DNA from: Candidatus Eiseniibacteriota bacterium
GTDB taxonomy: Bacteria; Eisenbacteria; RBG-16-71-46; CAVPCR01
Assembly (NCBI GenBank): GCA_963702435.1
Contig: CAVPCR010000004.1
Location: forward strand, 352,001-416,000
DNA: 64,000 bases
Reading direction: 5' to 3'
Of the stretch, positions 54,279 to 63,766 are shown in pieces; within the stretch, counting starts at the first letter, position 1; each line of letters begins with the position of its first letter. A model generated the notes under the pieces. The model ran no database searches. It was given only the letters and a program-made list of their open reading frames with translations, and was not told where the DNA came from. A program made the translations under genes and the position numbers.

Positions 54279-55402
54279 GCGGGTCTCGAGGCCGTCCCGG
54301 ACGGCGAGTCGGGGCCGGCGCGGCGGCGCTTCTCCTCGCCGCCCTGGTCGCCTCGTGCGATGAGGACGATCCGGTCCGGCCGCTCCTTCCGGATGTGGCC
54401 GGGATCTGGATGCAGGTCGGCGGGCAGTATCTCCTGGATCCCGATGTCGCGGCCGAGGCCGCCGGTGTCGCGCTCGTCCTCGAGATCGATGATGACTCCG
54501 GCGGGAGCCTCCACCGGAGAGCCCTGGCGAGCGGGGTCGTCACCTGCATCTCGATCATCTACGGCTTGCCGGCAGCCGATCAGATGCTCGCCTCCCTCGG
54601 CCGCGGGACGACCCTCTACGGGGTCGCCAGACCGCATGCCGACTCGCTCGTGCTCACCGACGCCGCGGGACACCTGACGGTCTTCGCGCGGATCGCGGCT
54701 CCTCCCGACTCCATGCTCTGCTCCTCACTCCCGATCGTGCGGCGCCACGATCTGAGCCTCGATTGCGACGGGCGCACCGGGCTCGCCTTCGACGGAACGT
54801 TTCTCTGGTTCACCGGGATCACCGCCCACGATCTTATCCCGGTCGAGCCCGCGAGCGGCGCCGTCGCCGCGCCGCGGCGCATCGACGTCGCCGATGCCAG
54901 CGTCGTCGAGAGCGCACAGGGTGCGGATCTCTGGCGCACCTGCGGGTGTGATCCCTATGATCCCGGATTCGGGAAGGTGTTCCGGATCACTCCGGAGGAG
55001 ACGATCGCCGAGAAGGTGAGCAGTCGCGCCTTCGGCACATGGGATACGCCGCGCTGCGTGGCCTACGATCCCGGCGCCGGTTCGCTGTGGATCCATGGAT
55101 TCGGGCGGCACGGGCCGTTCACGCTCCTCGAGATCGATGCCGAGGCCGATCCGGACGAGCTGCTCCGATCCTTCAGCCTGGGGTTTGCGGTCGATGCCAT
55201 GTGCTGGCGCGGAAGCGAGCTCCTCGCCTTGATCGGGAACCGCGTGGTGCGGATCGACGGGTCGACGTTCCGCGTGCTCCGGACCTACGACCCGCCCGCC
55301 GATCTCGAGCTCTCCGGGATCGCGGTGGCCGGAGCGCAGGTTTTTGCCCTCGCCACCCCCTGGGCATCGAGTCAGGCCATCATCCTCGAGCTCGGGCTCT
55401 GA
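54275..55402 (+). CDS. Lipoprotein (paralog 2 of 53100-54278)
   Basis: Lipobox VAS-C; the same DVAGIW, GLAFDGTFLWFT, MCW.G..LLAL and RTY motifs. Confidence 0.7.
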   Translation: MSGSRGRPGRRVGAGAAALLLAALVASCDEDDPVRPLLPDVAGIWMQVGGQYLLDPDVAAEAAGVALVLEIDDDSGGSLHRRALASGVVTCISIIYGLPAADQMLASLGRGTTLYGVARPHADSLVLTDAAGHLTVFARIAAPPDSMLCSSLPIVRRHDLSLDCDGRTGLAFDGTFLWFTGITAHDLIPVEPASGAVAAPRRIDVADASVVESAQGADLWRTCGCDPYDPGFGKVFRITPEETIAEKVSSRAFGTWDTPRCVAYDPGAGSLWIHGFGRHGPFTLLEIDAEADPDELLRSFSLGFAVDAMCWRGSELLALIGNRVVRIDGSTFRVLRTYDPPADLELSGIAVAGAQVFALATPWASSQAIILELGL

Positions 55403-55509
55403 CCGATGATGCGGCGGCTGCCGCGCCGGCGCCGTATCGGCGCCGTATCGGCGCCGGCTCCGCGGTGGTAATGTAAGCACGGATCTCCCCGGCGGCGCGG
55501 AGTCGAGCC

Positions 55510-56772
55510 ATGCCCTATGCGATCGACACGATCGTCCGCGGTCTTCTCCAGGCGCTCGCGATCGGCTTCCTGATCGGCGCCGAGCGCGAGAGCCGCGCCC
55601 TCGAGTCGCCGCGCGCGGTGGCGCCCGGGCTCCGCGACTTCATCCTGATCGCCCTCACCGGTAGCGTGGCCGGTTTTCTCGGCGCGACGCTGTTCACCGC
55701 GCTCGCCTTCGCCGCCATCGTCGCGGTCATCCTCGTCCGGCGGCTCAAGGATCCCAGCGAGCACGGGATCACGACCGAGATCGCCGCGCTCCTCACCTTC
55801 TGGCTCGGGCTCCTCACCCAGCGCCCGCCCTTCGGCATGCTCGCTCTCGGGAGCGCGGTCGGGGTCACCATCATCCTCATGGTGAAGGACCCGATCACCC
55901 GTCTCGTGCGCGAGGTCATTTCGAAGACCGAGTTCTACGACACGGTCAAGTTCCTCGCCATCGTCTTCATCGTGTATCCACTCCTCCCGGCCGGCGAGTA
56001 CGGGCCGTACGGCTTCTTCGCACCGCGCACGATCTGGAAGTTCGTGATCCTCGTGTCGTCGGTTTCCTACGTCGGCTATTTCCTCACCCGCTTCATCGGG
56101 GGGTCGCGCGGTCTCCTCCTGACCGGCGTGGTCGGGGCGCTCGCCTCGACCACCGCCACGACCTCGGCCTTCGCCGAGGGGGCCCGCGAGTTTCCCGAGC
56201 GCTGGCGGGAATACGCCTGGGCGACCACCATCTCGAACGCCATACAGTTTCCGCGGGTCGCCGCCATCATCTACGTGATGAACCCGGGGCTCTCGCTCGC
56301 CGCACTGCGGCCGCTGCTCGCCATGTTCGCAGCCGGGCTCCTCGTCGGCCTCTGGCAGGCGCGAGCCGCCCGCCGCTCGCAGGAGAGCGCGCCGGCCGCG
56401 GCGCGGCCGCTCGTCAGGAACCCGTTCTCCTTGTGGCCGGCGGTCCAGTTCGGCCTCATCTTCACCGTGATCCTCTTCATCGCCAGGTTCGGGGCGATGC
56501 GCTTCGGCGCGCGCGGCGCCCTGAGTTCGAGCCTGGTCGGCGGGCTCATCGATGTCGACGCCATCACGATCTCGCTCGCCAATCTGGTGGCCGCGGGCGA
56601 GCTGGCGCCGGCGGTGGGCCTGCTCGCGGTGCTTCTCGCCCTCCTCGCCAACGCCGCGTTCAAGACGGGGCTCGCGTTCACGGCGGGCGGGCGGCGGTTC
56701 GGGTGGGCGCTCGCCCTCGCCTTCGGCGCGATGTTCGCGATCGGCTTCGCGGTGGCGTTTGCGGTCCGCTGA
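55510..56772 (+). CDS. MgtC/SapB family membrane protein with DUF4010 domain
   Basis: G.LIG.ERE, GLRDF, GITTEIA, W.FVILVS.VS.VGY, ASTTATT and G..DVDAIT motifs. Confidence 0.9.
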   Translation: MPYAIDTIVRGLLQALAIGFLIGAERESRALESPRAVAPGLRDFILIALTGSVAGFLGATLFTALAFAAIVAVILVRRLKDPSEHGITTEIAALLTFWLGLLTQRPPFGMLALGSAVGVTIILMVKDPITRLVREVISKTEFYDTVKFLAIVFIVYPLLPAGEYGPYGFFAPRTIWKFVILVSSVSYVGYFLTRFIGGSRGLLLTGVVGALASTTATTSAFAEGAREFPERWREYAWATTISNAIQFPRVAAIIYVMNPGLSLAALRPLLAMFAAGLLVGLWQARAARRSQESAPAAARPLVRNPFSLWPAVQFGLIFTVILFIARFGAMRFGARGALSSSLVGGLIDVDAITISLANLVAAGELAPAVGLLAVLLALLANAAFKTGLAFTAGGRRFGWALALAFGAMFAIGFAVAFAVR

Positions 56773-56789
56773 CCGACGCGGCGCTGGCG

Positions 56790-57149
56790 ATGGCCGCTTC
56801 CTCCCCCTCGTTGGTCGAGCGTCCCCTGCGCTTTGTCGCTTGGGCTCTTCTCGCTCTGGCGATGAGCCCGAGCCCGACACCGGCAGACCAGGACTCTGTG
56901 CTCCTGGTCCCCGGCGTGGAGTACACGACCCCGATCCACTTCGGCGTCGCCGGGATCCCGCATTCGCTCGATAGCTTCGCCTACCAATCGGGGACCGTTC
57001 CCCCCTATGCCGCCGTCGCGGCCGATCTCCGGAGCGTGGTCTGGGATGGAAGGGACGGCCGCGGCCTCCCAGTGTCATCCGGAATGTACGTCCTGCGGTT
57101 GAGCACCGGCGGGCGCACCTGGACCAGCCGGCTCATGGTCAATCGCTAG
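56790..57149 (+). pseudogene. Internally deleted secreted protein: signal peptide joined to the last half of an FlgD-type domain
   Basis: 119 aa; ends VVWDGRDGRGLPVSSGMYVLRL but lacks the NPFNP half of the domain. Confidence 0.6.
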
Positions 57150-57160
57150 GACCGGGTCGG

Positions 57161-57210
57161 CGCCATCACGATCTGGCTCGCCAATCTGGCGGCCGCAGGC
57201 GAGGCGCCGG
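57161..57210 (+). repeat. Degenerate direct copy of 56559-56611 (inside the DUF4010 gene)
   Basis: cgccatcacgatct(g/c)gctcgccaatctgg(c/t)ggccgc(a/g)ggcgag, 40/43 identical, then gcgccgg after a 3-bp deletion. Confidence 0.85.
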
Positions 57211-57216
57211 TCGGCG

Positions 57217-57327
57217 CCAGCGGGCCAGCACCACCTCGGTGGTCCGTTCACCCCCCGGCGTGGTGACCGGCGCGAAGTAGACGCCGGATGACACCGGTGG
57301 TCCGGAGTCATCGCGCCCGTCCCAGCG
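57217..57327 (-). pseudogene. Isolated FlgD-type C-terminal domain remnant
   Basis: Translates RWDGRDDSGPPVSSGVYFAPVTTPGGERTTEVVLARW. Confidence 0.7.
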
Positions 57328-57369
57328 GCCGGGATCCTCCCGTAGCCAGCGAGACGCCCGGCGCTATGT

Positions 57370-57412
57370 GCCGCCGCCGGCCTGGATCACCGAGCCCGCG
57401 AACGAGGAGGCG
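57370..57412 (+). repeat. Perfect 43-bp direct repeat of 61433-61475 (5' part of uvrD)
   Basis: gccgccgccggcctggatcaccgagcccgcgaacgaggaggcg is identical at both sites. Confidence 0.92.
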
Positions 57413-57520
57413 TCTCGCTGAGACCGCCTGGATGTCGTTGATCTATCTCTCCACGGCCGACTGGTCCGCATACGTGCCGACCGCGCGGGTTGCGGGCCCT
57501 GGCTCCCGTTGCGATCCACG

Positions 57521-59737
57521 CTACTCGTTGAGGAGCCAGCGGATCGAGGCCGCCATCACGGCGTTCACCTCATCGGGTGGATAGAAGTAGAACGGGAAAC
57601 CGTACATCATGAGCCGGCCCTGCCCCGGCCCGGAGTAACGGAGCGCGCATGCCCCGTCGTCCATGTAGGAAGCGCTGGGCGGGCCGATCTGCGCGCGGGC
57701 ATTCGAAATGTAGAAGTACAGCGTGTCGAGCTGCCCGCCGAAGAGCCGGAGCCGCGGATTGATGTCGAGCCCGCAGCACACCACCATGGCCTCGCAGTCC
57801 GGGATTCCGGTCGATCCGGACCCCGGAGTTGAATACGGAGGGCGGAAGACGATGAGGTCCGGATACCCCTCCGCCGCTGCCTGCCCATGCGCGTAGGCCC
57901 CGTCCATGCCGTTCGTACGCCTGATGCGAGGGCTTCCCCCGCCACTCCGGAAGCAGCCGTTCACGCACATTGCATCCTCGAAGGCCGACTCGATCTTGAG
58001 GAAATCGTAGGCTAGGTCCCCGGGCTTGAATCCGAATGAACCCAGCCCCACGGCATCGGGTGGGGGGTAGATGCTCCGTGAGAAGGCGCCTGTTCCCATC
58101 AGCAGCACCGGCCCGCCAGACTCGAGGAAGATCCCCAGGAAGTTGTCCTCCCCCACCCGGTACATCCTGGAGAGCTGGGTGGTGCCTTCCGACCTGGTGT
58201 TCCAGATGACGAGCTTGTACCGGGCGAGAACTTCGAGCGTCACCCGACCCGAGTAGACCCAGTAGGAATACGTCGTCGAGTCGATAACGACATCGCTGCG
58301 GCTCGTGAGCTGGCCGGTGCGTGGATCCAGGGGCTCGCAGCGGTCGACACCCCAGTCCGGATGTCCGATCCGGGCCAGCGCATCGGCGATCCGCTCCTGG
58401 AGGTACTGGTCATGGCACTGATCATGCGGTTCGTCGCTGCCCACGCTGATCTCGTCAGCCGGCGGCGGCGGAATGCAGTCGGCCGGAGCACCACCGCGCA
58501 CATCGGGACCGAAGTCGTCGATGTAGAGGACGTCCCGCTCTCGGCTCAGCGGCACCACGACGAGATTGAGATCGGCGATGACCGTGGTCCCGACGTCATC
58601 CCGAACCCGCACGTACAGAATGTGCTCTTCGGTACGCCCGCCCGGAGGCAGCTCGAAGCGGAGGACGGCGCGCGTGAGCGTGGCGTTTTCCGGCGTCCAG
58701 CCGGGGCCGTCAGCGAACGGGTCGAGAAGATCGAGGCCGTACGAGTATCCTGTGATGCGGCCGCCATAGCGGGAGGCATCCCCACCCCAGGTGAAGGTCA
58801 CACTCGAGCCGGCCGGAATCTGAAAGGTCTTCTTCCGCTCGTCCGCCGTCGGGTAGCAGGTGGTCTTGACCGAGCTCGAGACGCAGAGATCGGGCAGGCC
58901 GCCCGCTTCGCGCGCCCGGATGCGAAGCGTATTGATCGGCCCCGGCGACCCCGCGGTGCGGAGTCGGGGCTCCACCGCTCCGGCCTGGTCGAGCGCCCGC
59001 ACTCCAAAGACGTAGTCCAAAGGCACGCCGAGCGGCCCGATGGGAACGGATGTGCGGGCTTCGAATGGGCTCCACGGATCTCCGCGGGAGTCCGGGTCGT
59101 AGAGAGCCGCCTCGACCTGCTCGGGAGTCAGGAACACGACGTCATCGACCGCGACGATACGATAGGAGTAGGCCACGGGGTTCTCTGTGCCGTCGAGGTC
59201 GGTACCTTCCCAGCTCACCGTGAACCTGGGGCCGAGCGCGGCGATGACCGAAGTCGAGGGGATCAGGATCCCAGTCTCGGGGGCGATGGTCTCCGCGGTG
59301 AAGGAGATGGACACCGGCGCGGACATGTCCTCGTCGTCATCGATGGCCCTCAGAAAGAGAGTGTGCGCACCGCGGTAGCGATAGCGCTCGATGGGCACGG
59401 TGGAGACACCGACATAGATGGAGTCGACCCCGGTCGAGTCGCCGGCCGCGAACAGGAGCGTGATCTCGTAGGCGGTGGTCGCAATCCAGGCGTCCGGACC
59501 CAGGGTGTCGTCAATCGCATACTCGAAGCGTTCGACCCTTCCGTCCGTGTCGGTGGCGTTCCAGTTGAACGTCATGATGAAGACGCTGACCGAATCGCGA
59601 ATCGGCCCGGCCGAAATGGCGACCGTGGGTCGCTGATTCGGTATGAGGAAACCCGACGGTGACTCGGCGCAGGAGCCGATGAGCCAGGCGGCAAGGATCG
59701 CCGCGACGAGCCCGAGGAGCGGGACATGCAGGCGCAT
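57521..59737 (-). CDS. Large lipoprotein with Ig/Fn3-like domains and a C-terminal alpha/beta domain
   Basis: Lipobox IGS-C; PNQRPTV, W.ATD.DG.V..FEYAID, H.LFLRA.D, PET.I and VLYIDD..Y..VIW..YGFPFYF motifs. Confidence 0.78.
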   Translation of the reverse strand: MRLHVPLLGLVAAILAAWLIGSCAESPSGFLIPNQRPTVAISAGPIRDSVSVFIMTFNWNATDTDGRVERFEYAIDDTLGPDAWIATTAYEITLLFAAGDSTGVDSIYVGVSTVPIERYRYRGAHTLFLRAIDDDEDMSAPVSISFTAETIAPETGILIPSTSVIAALGPRFTVSWEGTDLDGTENPVAYSYRIVAVDDVVFLTPEQVEAALYDPDSRGDPWSPFEARTSVPIGPLGVPLDYVFGVRALDQAGAVEPRLRTAGSPGPINTLRIRAREAGGLPDLCVSSSVKTTCYPTADERKKTFQIPAGSSVTFTWGGDASRYGGRITGYSYGLDLLDPFADGPGWTPENATLTRAVLRFELPPGGRTEEHILYVRVRDDVGTTVIADLNLVVVPLSRERDVLYIDDFGPDVRGGAPADCIPPPPADEISVGSDEPHDQCHDQYLQERIADALARIGHPDWGVDRCEPLDPRTGQLTSRSDVVIDSTTYSYWVYSGRVTLEVLARYKLVIWNTRSEGTTQLSRMYRVGEDNFLGIFLESGGPVLLMGTGAFSRSIYPPPDAVGLGSFGFKPGDLAYDFLKIESAFEDAMCVNGCFRSGGGSPRIRRTNGMDGAYAHGQAAAEGYPDLIVFRPPYSTPGSGSTGIPDCEAMVVCCGLDINPRLRLFGGQLDTLYFYISNARAQIGPPSASYMDDGACALRYSGPGQGRLMMYGFPFYFYPPDEVNAVMAASIRWLLNE

Positions 59738-59884
59738 CTTGCTCTTCCTCGGGGGATTCCACCAACCACCAAAGAGACCAAGGACCCGGTGAGCAAGGCC
59801 GGTCGCTGTCCGGGATCGGTAACCGCGTGGTGGATTGTCAGCGTGCCGGTCAGCGTGCCGGCGTGGGCGACTCGGCCCCTCCGC

Positions 59885-60004
59885 GCGGATCGAGCCACCG
59901 AGAATCGAGCCGCTGAGATCCGAGCTATCGAGATCCGAGCCGCCGAGATCCGAGCCGCCGAGATCCGAGCTATCGAGATCCGAGCCGCCGAGATCCGAGC
60001 CGCG
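59885..60004. repeat. Eight 15-bp tandem units (gagatccgagccgcc / gagatccgagctatc)
   Basis: Directly visible; the two variants alternate with a 45-bp super-period. Confidence 0.9.
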
Positions 60005-60366
60005 GTCCTGGTCGATCGCCGACAACCTGATCCGAGTGCTCGATCCCGCAACCGGCATGGTGTTGTCGGCCGAGCGCGCGTCGAATCCGGTTCGCCCTCG
60101 TCGAGAGGGCAGCCCCCGGCCAGCGACGCTCCCCGCTACCACCCTTTGTCCAGTCCGGCCCGGCAACCCGGGACATCCGGCCGTGACCGGCCATGAAGGT
60201 CGTAACGGAACGAACTCCTGGGTTTCGGACCGGGGGGCGCGGTGCTGGTGGCCGTCGCTGGCCCTTACCACGCGGCAACCGTGTCGTTGCGGTGAACGCC
60301 TGTGATGGACCGCGGGCTCCTGCATTGATACTGATTGGACTACAGCGCCGATGCGGGCGGTGACCG

Positions 60367-60408
60367 CAAGGGATAGGAGTTTCCATTCGTCGCTGCGCCG
60401 GGCGGGGG
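60367..60408 (-). mobile_element. IS91/ISCR-type oriIS-like end, copy C
   Basis: Minus strand ..cccggcgcagcgacgaatggaaactcctatcc|cttg; downstream of, and co-oriented with, the transposase remnant. Confidence 0.6.
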
Positions 60409-60490
60409 CTTCGCCTGAGAAGTGCGCGGATGGAGAGCGCCACAACCCCGCATGCGCCGCCTGATGGGCGACCGTGCCACCGGCCCAGCG

Positions 60491-60705
60491 ACCGGCTCTT
60501 TCGGCGATGAGGCTTCGGTGCTGCAGCCCGTCGCCGATATCTACATCCGCCTGATGCAGATGCCGGTGCTGCCCTATCTCGTGCTGGCCTGATCATCGGG
60601 TTCGGCCAGCTCGAGGCGGAGCAGGCACGGCGGTTCGCGAAGCGCGCACCAGCGCTCCTGCTCCTGACCTTGGGGCTGACCTTCGCAGTCATCGTTGCCA
60701 TGCCT
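60491..60705 (+). pseudogene. Fragment of a cation:dicarboxylate symporter-family gene
   Basis: FGDEASVLQPVADIYIRLMQMPVLPYLV / LIIGFGQL.AEQARR / GLTFAVIVAMP, frameshifted, with no start or end. Confidence 0.7.
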
Positions 60706-60814
60706 GTGTTGAAGGCCGGGGTCATGGCAGCCGGCGGGCTGTAGGGAGGCAAGGCGAGCTCCCGAGGCCTCGTGCCTGAGGAGCTGGGCGACAACTGCAG
60801 CTGAGTTGGGAGGT

Positions 60815-61110
60815 TTCATCGAGCCGCACGGCGTTGTGGACATGGAAGCCGGAGTAGGGCCAGGCGGGCATGGAGGCGGCCACGTCGTCGCTGAACAGTC
60901 CGCGCTGGACGAAGGCGCGGAGCACGGCCCGGCGGAAGGCCTCGGTCAGCACCGCGAGCGCGTGGGTGCCGAGCGGCACAAAGGTGCCGTCGAGGCGAAA
61001 GGCGCCGTCGGTAGCGAGCACGAGCAGGCGGGGGTGCCAGTTGGTGAGCGTGCCATGGGTCTGGATCGAGGAGATGACGCCGGGGACGGCGCCGTCCGCA
61101 CCGAGAGTGG
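60815..61110 (-). mobile_element. Internal fragment of an IS91-family (Y2/HUH) transposase, inactive
   Basis: VPGVISSIQTHGTLTNWHPRLLVLATDGAF..FRRAVL..W.YSGFHVHN.VR; the usual HPHLH motif reads HPRLL. Boundaries approximate. Confidence 0.82.
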
Positions 61111-61358
61111 CCCGCCCGCTGGTGCCGATAGCGGGATAGAATGCCGCTCAGGCCCAAGGTGCGCTATCGGACCCCGTGTCGCGAGTGAAAATCGCGTAAC
61201 CTCCTGGAGAGGCGCCCTGCGGTGAGAAACCGCCGTCGCTCATGCCAGTGGTCTATCCCGGCTGAGGCGCCAGGTTGCTGTGACACGCGGCTGCCGCGGA
61301 GCCCGGTGCGGGAGCGGGGCGAACGGAGCGCGAGGTTCTGAGAGGGAGAGCGGAAAGG

Positions 61359-62272
61359 GTGATCGAGATCATGTCGCCGCGGGATGCGATCCAGTCCGAG
61401 TTCGCGCTCGGCGCGGCGGAGTCCGATCCGGGGCCGCCGCCGGCCTGGATCACCGAGCCCGCGAACGAGGAGGCGATCGCGAGCGCGCTCGCCGAGCTCG
61501 ATCCTGAGCAGCAGGCGGCGGTCACGCACGGCGAAGGGCCGCTCCTCATTGTCGCCGGCGCCGGCACCGGGAAGACGCGCGTCATTGCGCATCGCATCGC
61601 CTATCTCATCGCCGCCAGGAAGGCCGAGCCGTCCGAGATCCTCGCGCTCACCTTCACCGAGCGCGCCGCGGCGGAGATGGAGGCGCGGGTCGATCTCCTC
61701 GTCCCCTATGGCTACACGGACATGTGGATCTCGACCTTCCATGCCTTCGGCGACCGTATCTACCGCGAGTACGCGCTCGAGATGGGGCTCTCCGATGCGG
61801 CGGTCGTCCTGAACGAGGCGGAGCGGCTCGTCTTCTTCCGCGAGCGGCTCTTCCGCCTCCCGCTCCGGCGCTTGCTGCCGCTCGGAAACCCGGTGCGCCA
61901 CCTGGCGGCGCTCCTGCGCGTCGTCGCGCGGGCGAAGGACGAGGGGGTGACGCCCGAACGCTACGTCGAGCACGCGCGCATCGAGCTCGATGCAGCGGCG
62001 GCGGAGGCGGCGGCCGCCGCCGATGATCTCGACGCCGGCGCCCGCCTCGCCGCGGCGCGCCGACAGCTCGAGATCGCCGAGACCTACCGGGCCATGGACG
62101 AGGAGCTGCACGCGGCCGATCGCATCGACTTCGGCGATCAGCTCCTCCTCACGCTCCGCCTCCTCCGCGAGCAGGAGCACGTCCTCGCCCAGGTGCGCCG
62201 CCGCTTCCGCTAATCGCGGTCGCCGATCGCGTGCACGCCTTCGTCGATCACCTCGAGCTCCTGGTGGATGCC
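61359..62272 (+). pseudogene. uvrD: Truncated UvrD/PcrA-family helicase
   Basis: QQAAVTH.EGPLLIVAGAGTGKT, LALTFT.RAA.EM, STFHAF and IDFGD motifs; TAA at 62211-62213 just before the expected DE motif, followed by a short probable distal piece (ADRVHAFVDHLELLVDA). Confidence 0.85.
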
Positions 62273-62443
62273 GATCATCCTCGGCAGCGCGAGGGGAGAG
62301 GTGCGCCCAGCGGGGACCGGGGGTCGGTCCGCGGGACCGCCTCGCCGCGCGGCGGCCGTGGCCACCCCGCGCCAACACCACACGCTGACGCGCGGCCGCC
62401 GCTCACGCCACCGATTAGATGCGCCGCCGCCGCCGGTCACGCC

Positions 62444-62511
62444 GCTTCGCCCCCCGTTCCCCGCCTCCTCCCGGCGCCGCGACGAAAGGAAATTCCTATC
62501 CCTATCCCTTC
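62444..62511 (+). mobile_element. IS91/ISCR-type oriIS-like end, copy A
   Basis: ..cctcctcccggcgccgcgacgaaaggaaattcctatcc-ctatcc-cttc. Confidence 0.6.
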
Positions 62512-62514
62512 GAC

Positions 62515-63735
62515 TCACAGCACTCTCCACCAGGGTACGGCCAGCACGTCGGGAGCCAGCCACTCGATCGTCCTTCCCGTGTGCAGCACGAGCCCAGCGC
62601 GCGCCTTCTTGCCGTACTCTGCACGGAAGGTTCGCACATGGGCCGCGTCGCCGAGCCGGGGCCGGCCTGTCGCCTTGACCTCGACAGGCAACAAGCGCCC
62701 GCCCGCCTCGATCACGAAGTCCACCTCCTCGCCGACGCTCGTTCGCCAGTAGAAGACATCGGCTCGCTCCAGGCGCGCGTCCCGCCACGCCAGAAGATCG
62801 TGAAGGACGATGTTCTCGAGATGGGGGCCGCCGGGCTCGGCGCCCCCCCCGAGATGCAGCGCCACTCCCGTGTCACCCCAGTAGAGCTTCGGAGACTTGA
62901 TGAGCCGCTTGGTGCGATTCACCGCGTACGCGGGCACCCGCACCAGCAGGTAAGAAGTCTCGAGGAGATTCAAGTAGCGGTGCACGGTCGGCTGGGGCAG
63001 CGCGACATCTCGGCCTAGTTCCGTCTGGTTGACGAGCTGGCCCAGCCGCTGGCCGGCCGCGCGCATGAGGCGGCGGAAGTCCGGCAGTGCCGCGACCGCG
63101 GAGAGATCCGGCAAGTCGCGCTCGAGGTAGGTGCGAACGTAGCCGTCGAACCACACCGCCCGCTGCCGGTCCGTCTTCAGGTGAACGGCCGGCGTCGGAA
63201 AGCCGCCGCGGCGCGCCAGGGCACGCCAGTCCTCCGGCTCGTCGGGCTCTGCCGACATGAGGTCGAGCCATTGCTCGTCACGGGCGGCAAGCAACTCGTC
63301 CCAGAGCCCGCAGCGGCCGAGCCCGCGCTGCTCCCGGCGCGTCATCGGCCACAGGGTGAGATAGCTCGCTCGACCGGCCAGCGACTCGGAAACCCGGCGC
63401 ATCAGGAGTAGATTGGCCGACCCGGTGAGCAGAAAATGCCCCGGCCGCCGGCGGCGGTCGATCGCCCGCTTGACGGCGCGCAAGAGATCCGGCTCGCGTT
63501 GCACCTCGTCGAGCGTGACCGGCTGCGGACCGCCGAGAAGCACCTCGGGATCGCGCCGTGCCGCATCGACCGTATCCAGATCGTCGAGGGAAAGGTAACG
63601 CCTCCCCGCCGGGGCGAGATCCTGCACCAAGGTGCTCTTCCCGGTCTGGCGGGCGCCGGTCACTACGACAGCGGGCATGGTGCTGAGGCATTCGTCGAGA
63701 CTGCGGCCGACAAGCCGCGGAAGGGTGGCATCCAT
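62515..63735 (-). CDS. AAA+ ATPase (AAA_14) with DUF4143 / PD-(D/E)xK nuclease domain
   Basis: GARQTGKST, LDEVQR, LTGSA, ESLAGR, GGFP, YLERD, KSPKLY..DTG and EVDF..VEVK motifs. Confidence 0.92.
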   Translation of the reverse strand: MDATLPRLVGRSLDECLSTMPAVVVTGARQTGKSTLVQDLAPAGRRYLSLDDLDTVDAARRDPEVLLGGPQPVTLDEVQREPDLLRAVKRAIDRRRRPGHFLLTGSANLLLMRRVSESLAGRASYLTLWPMTRREQRGLGRCGLWDELLAARDEQWLDLMSAEPDEPEDWRALARRGGFPTPAVHLKTDRQRAVWFDGYVRTYLERDLPDLSAVAALPDFRRLMRAAGQRLGQLVNQTELGRDVALPQPTVHRYLNLLETSYLLVRVPAYAVNRTKRLIKSPKLYWGDTGVALHLGGGAEPGGPHLENIVLHDLLAWRDARLERADVFYWRTSVGEEVDFVIEAGGRLLPVEVKATGRPRLGDAAHVRTFRAEYGKKARAGLVLHTGRTIEWLAPDVLAVPWWRVL

Positions 63736-63740
63736 GCCGC

Positions 63741-63766
63741 GAATGATAATCATTCACGCTGTGAAT
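63741..63766. promoter_or_regulatory. Overlapping palindromic operator at the ATPase promoter
   Basis: GAATGAT-A-ATCATTC (63741-63755) and ATTCAC-GCT-GTGAAT (63752-63766) overlap a minus-strand TATCAT -10 element just upstream of the ATG. Confidence 0.55.

Noticed and set aside
59885..60004. CRISPR array
   Set aside because: 15-bp units abut with no unique spacers, and there are no cas genes.
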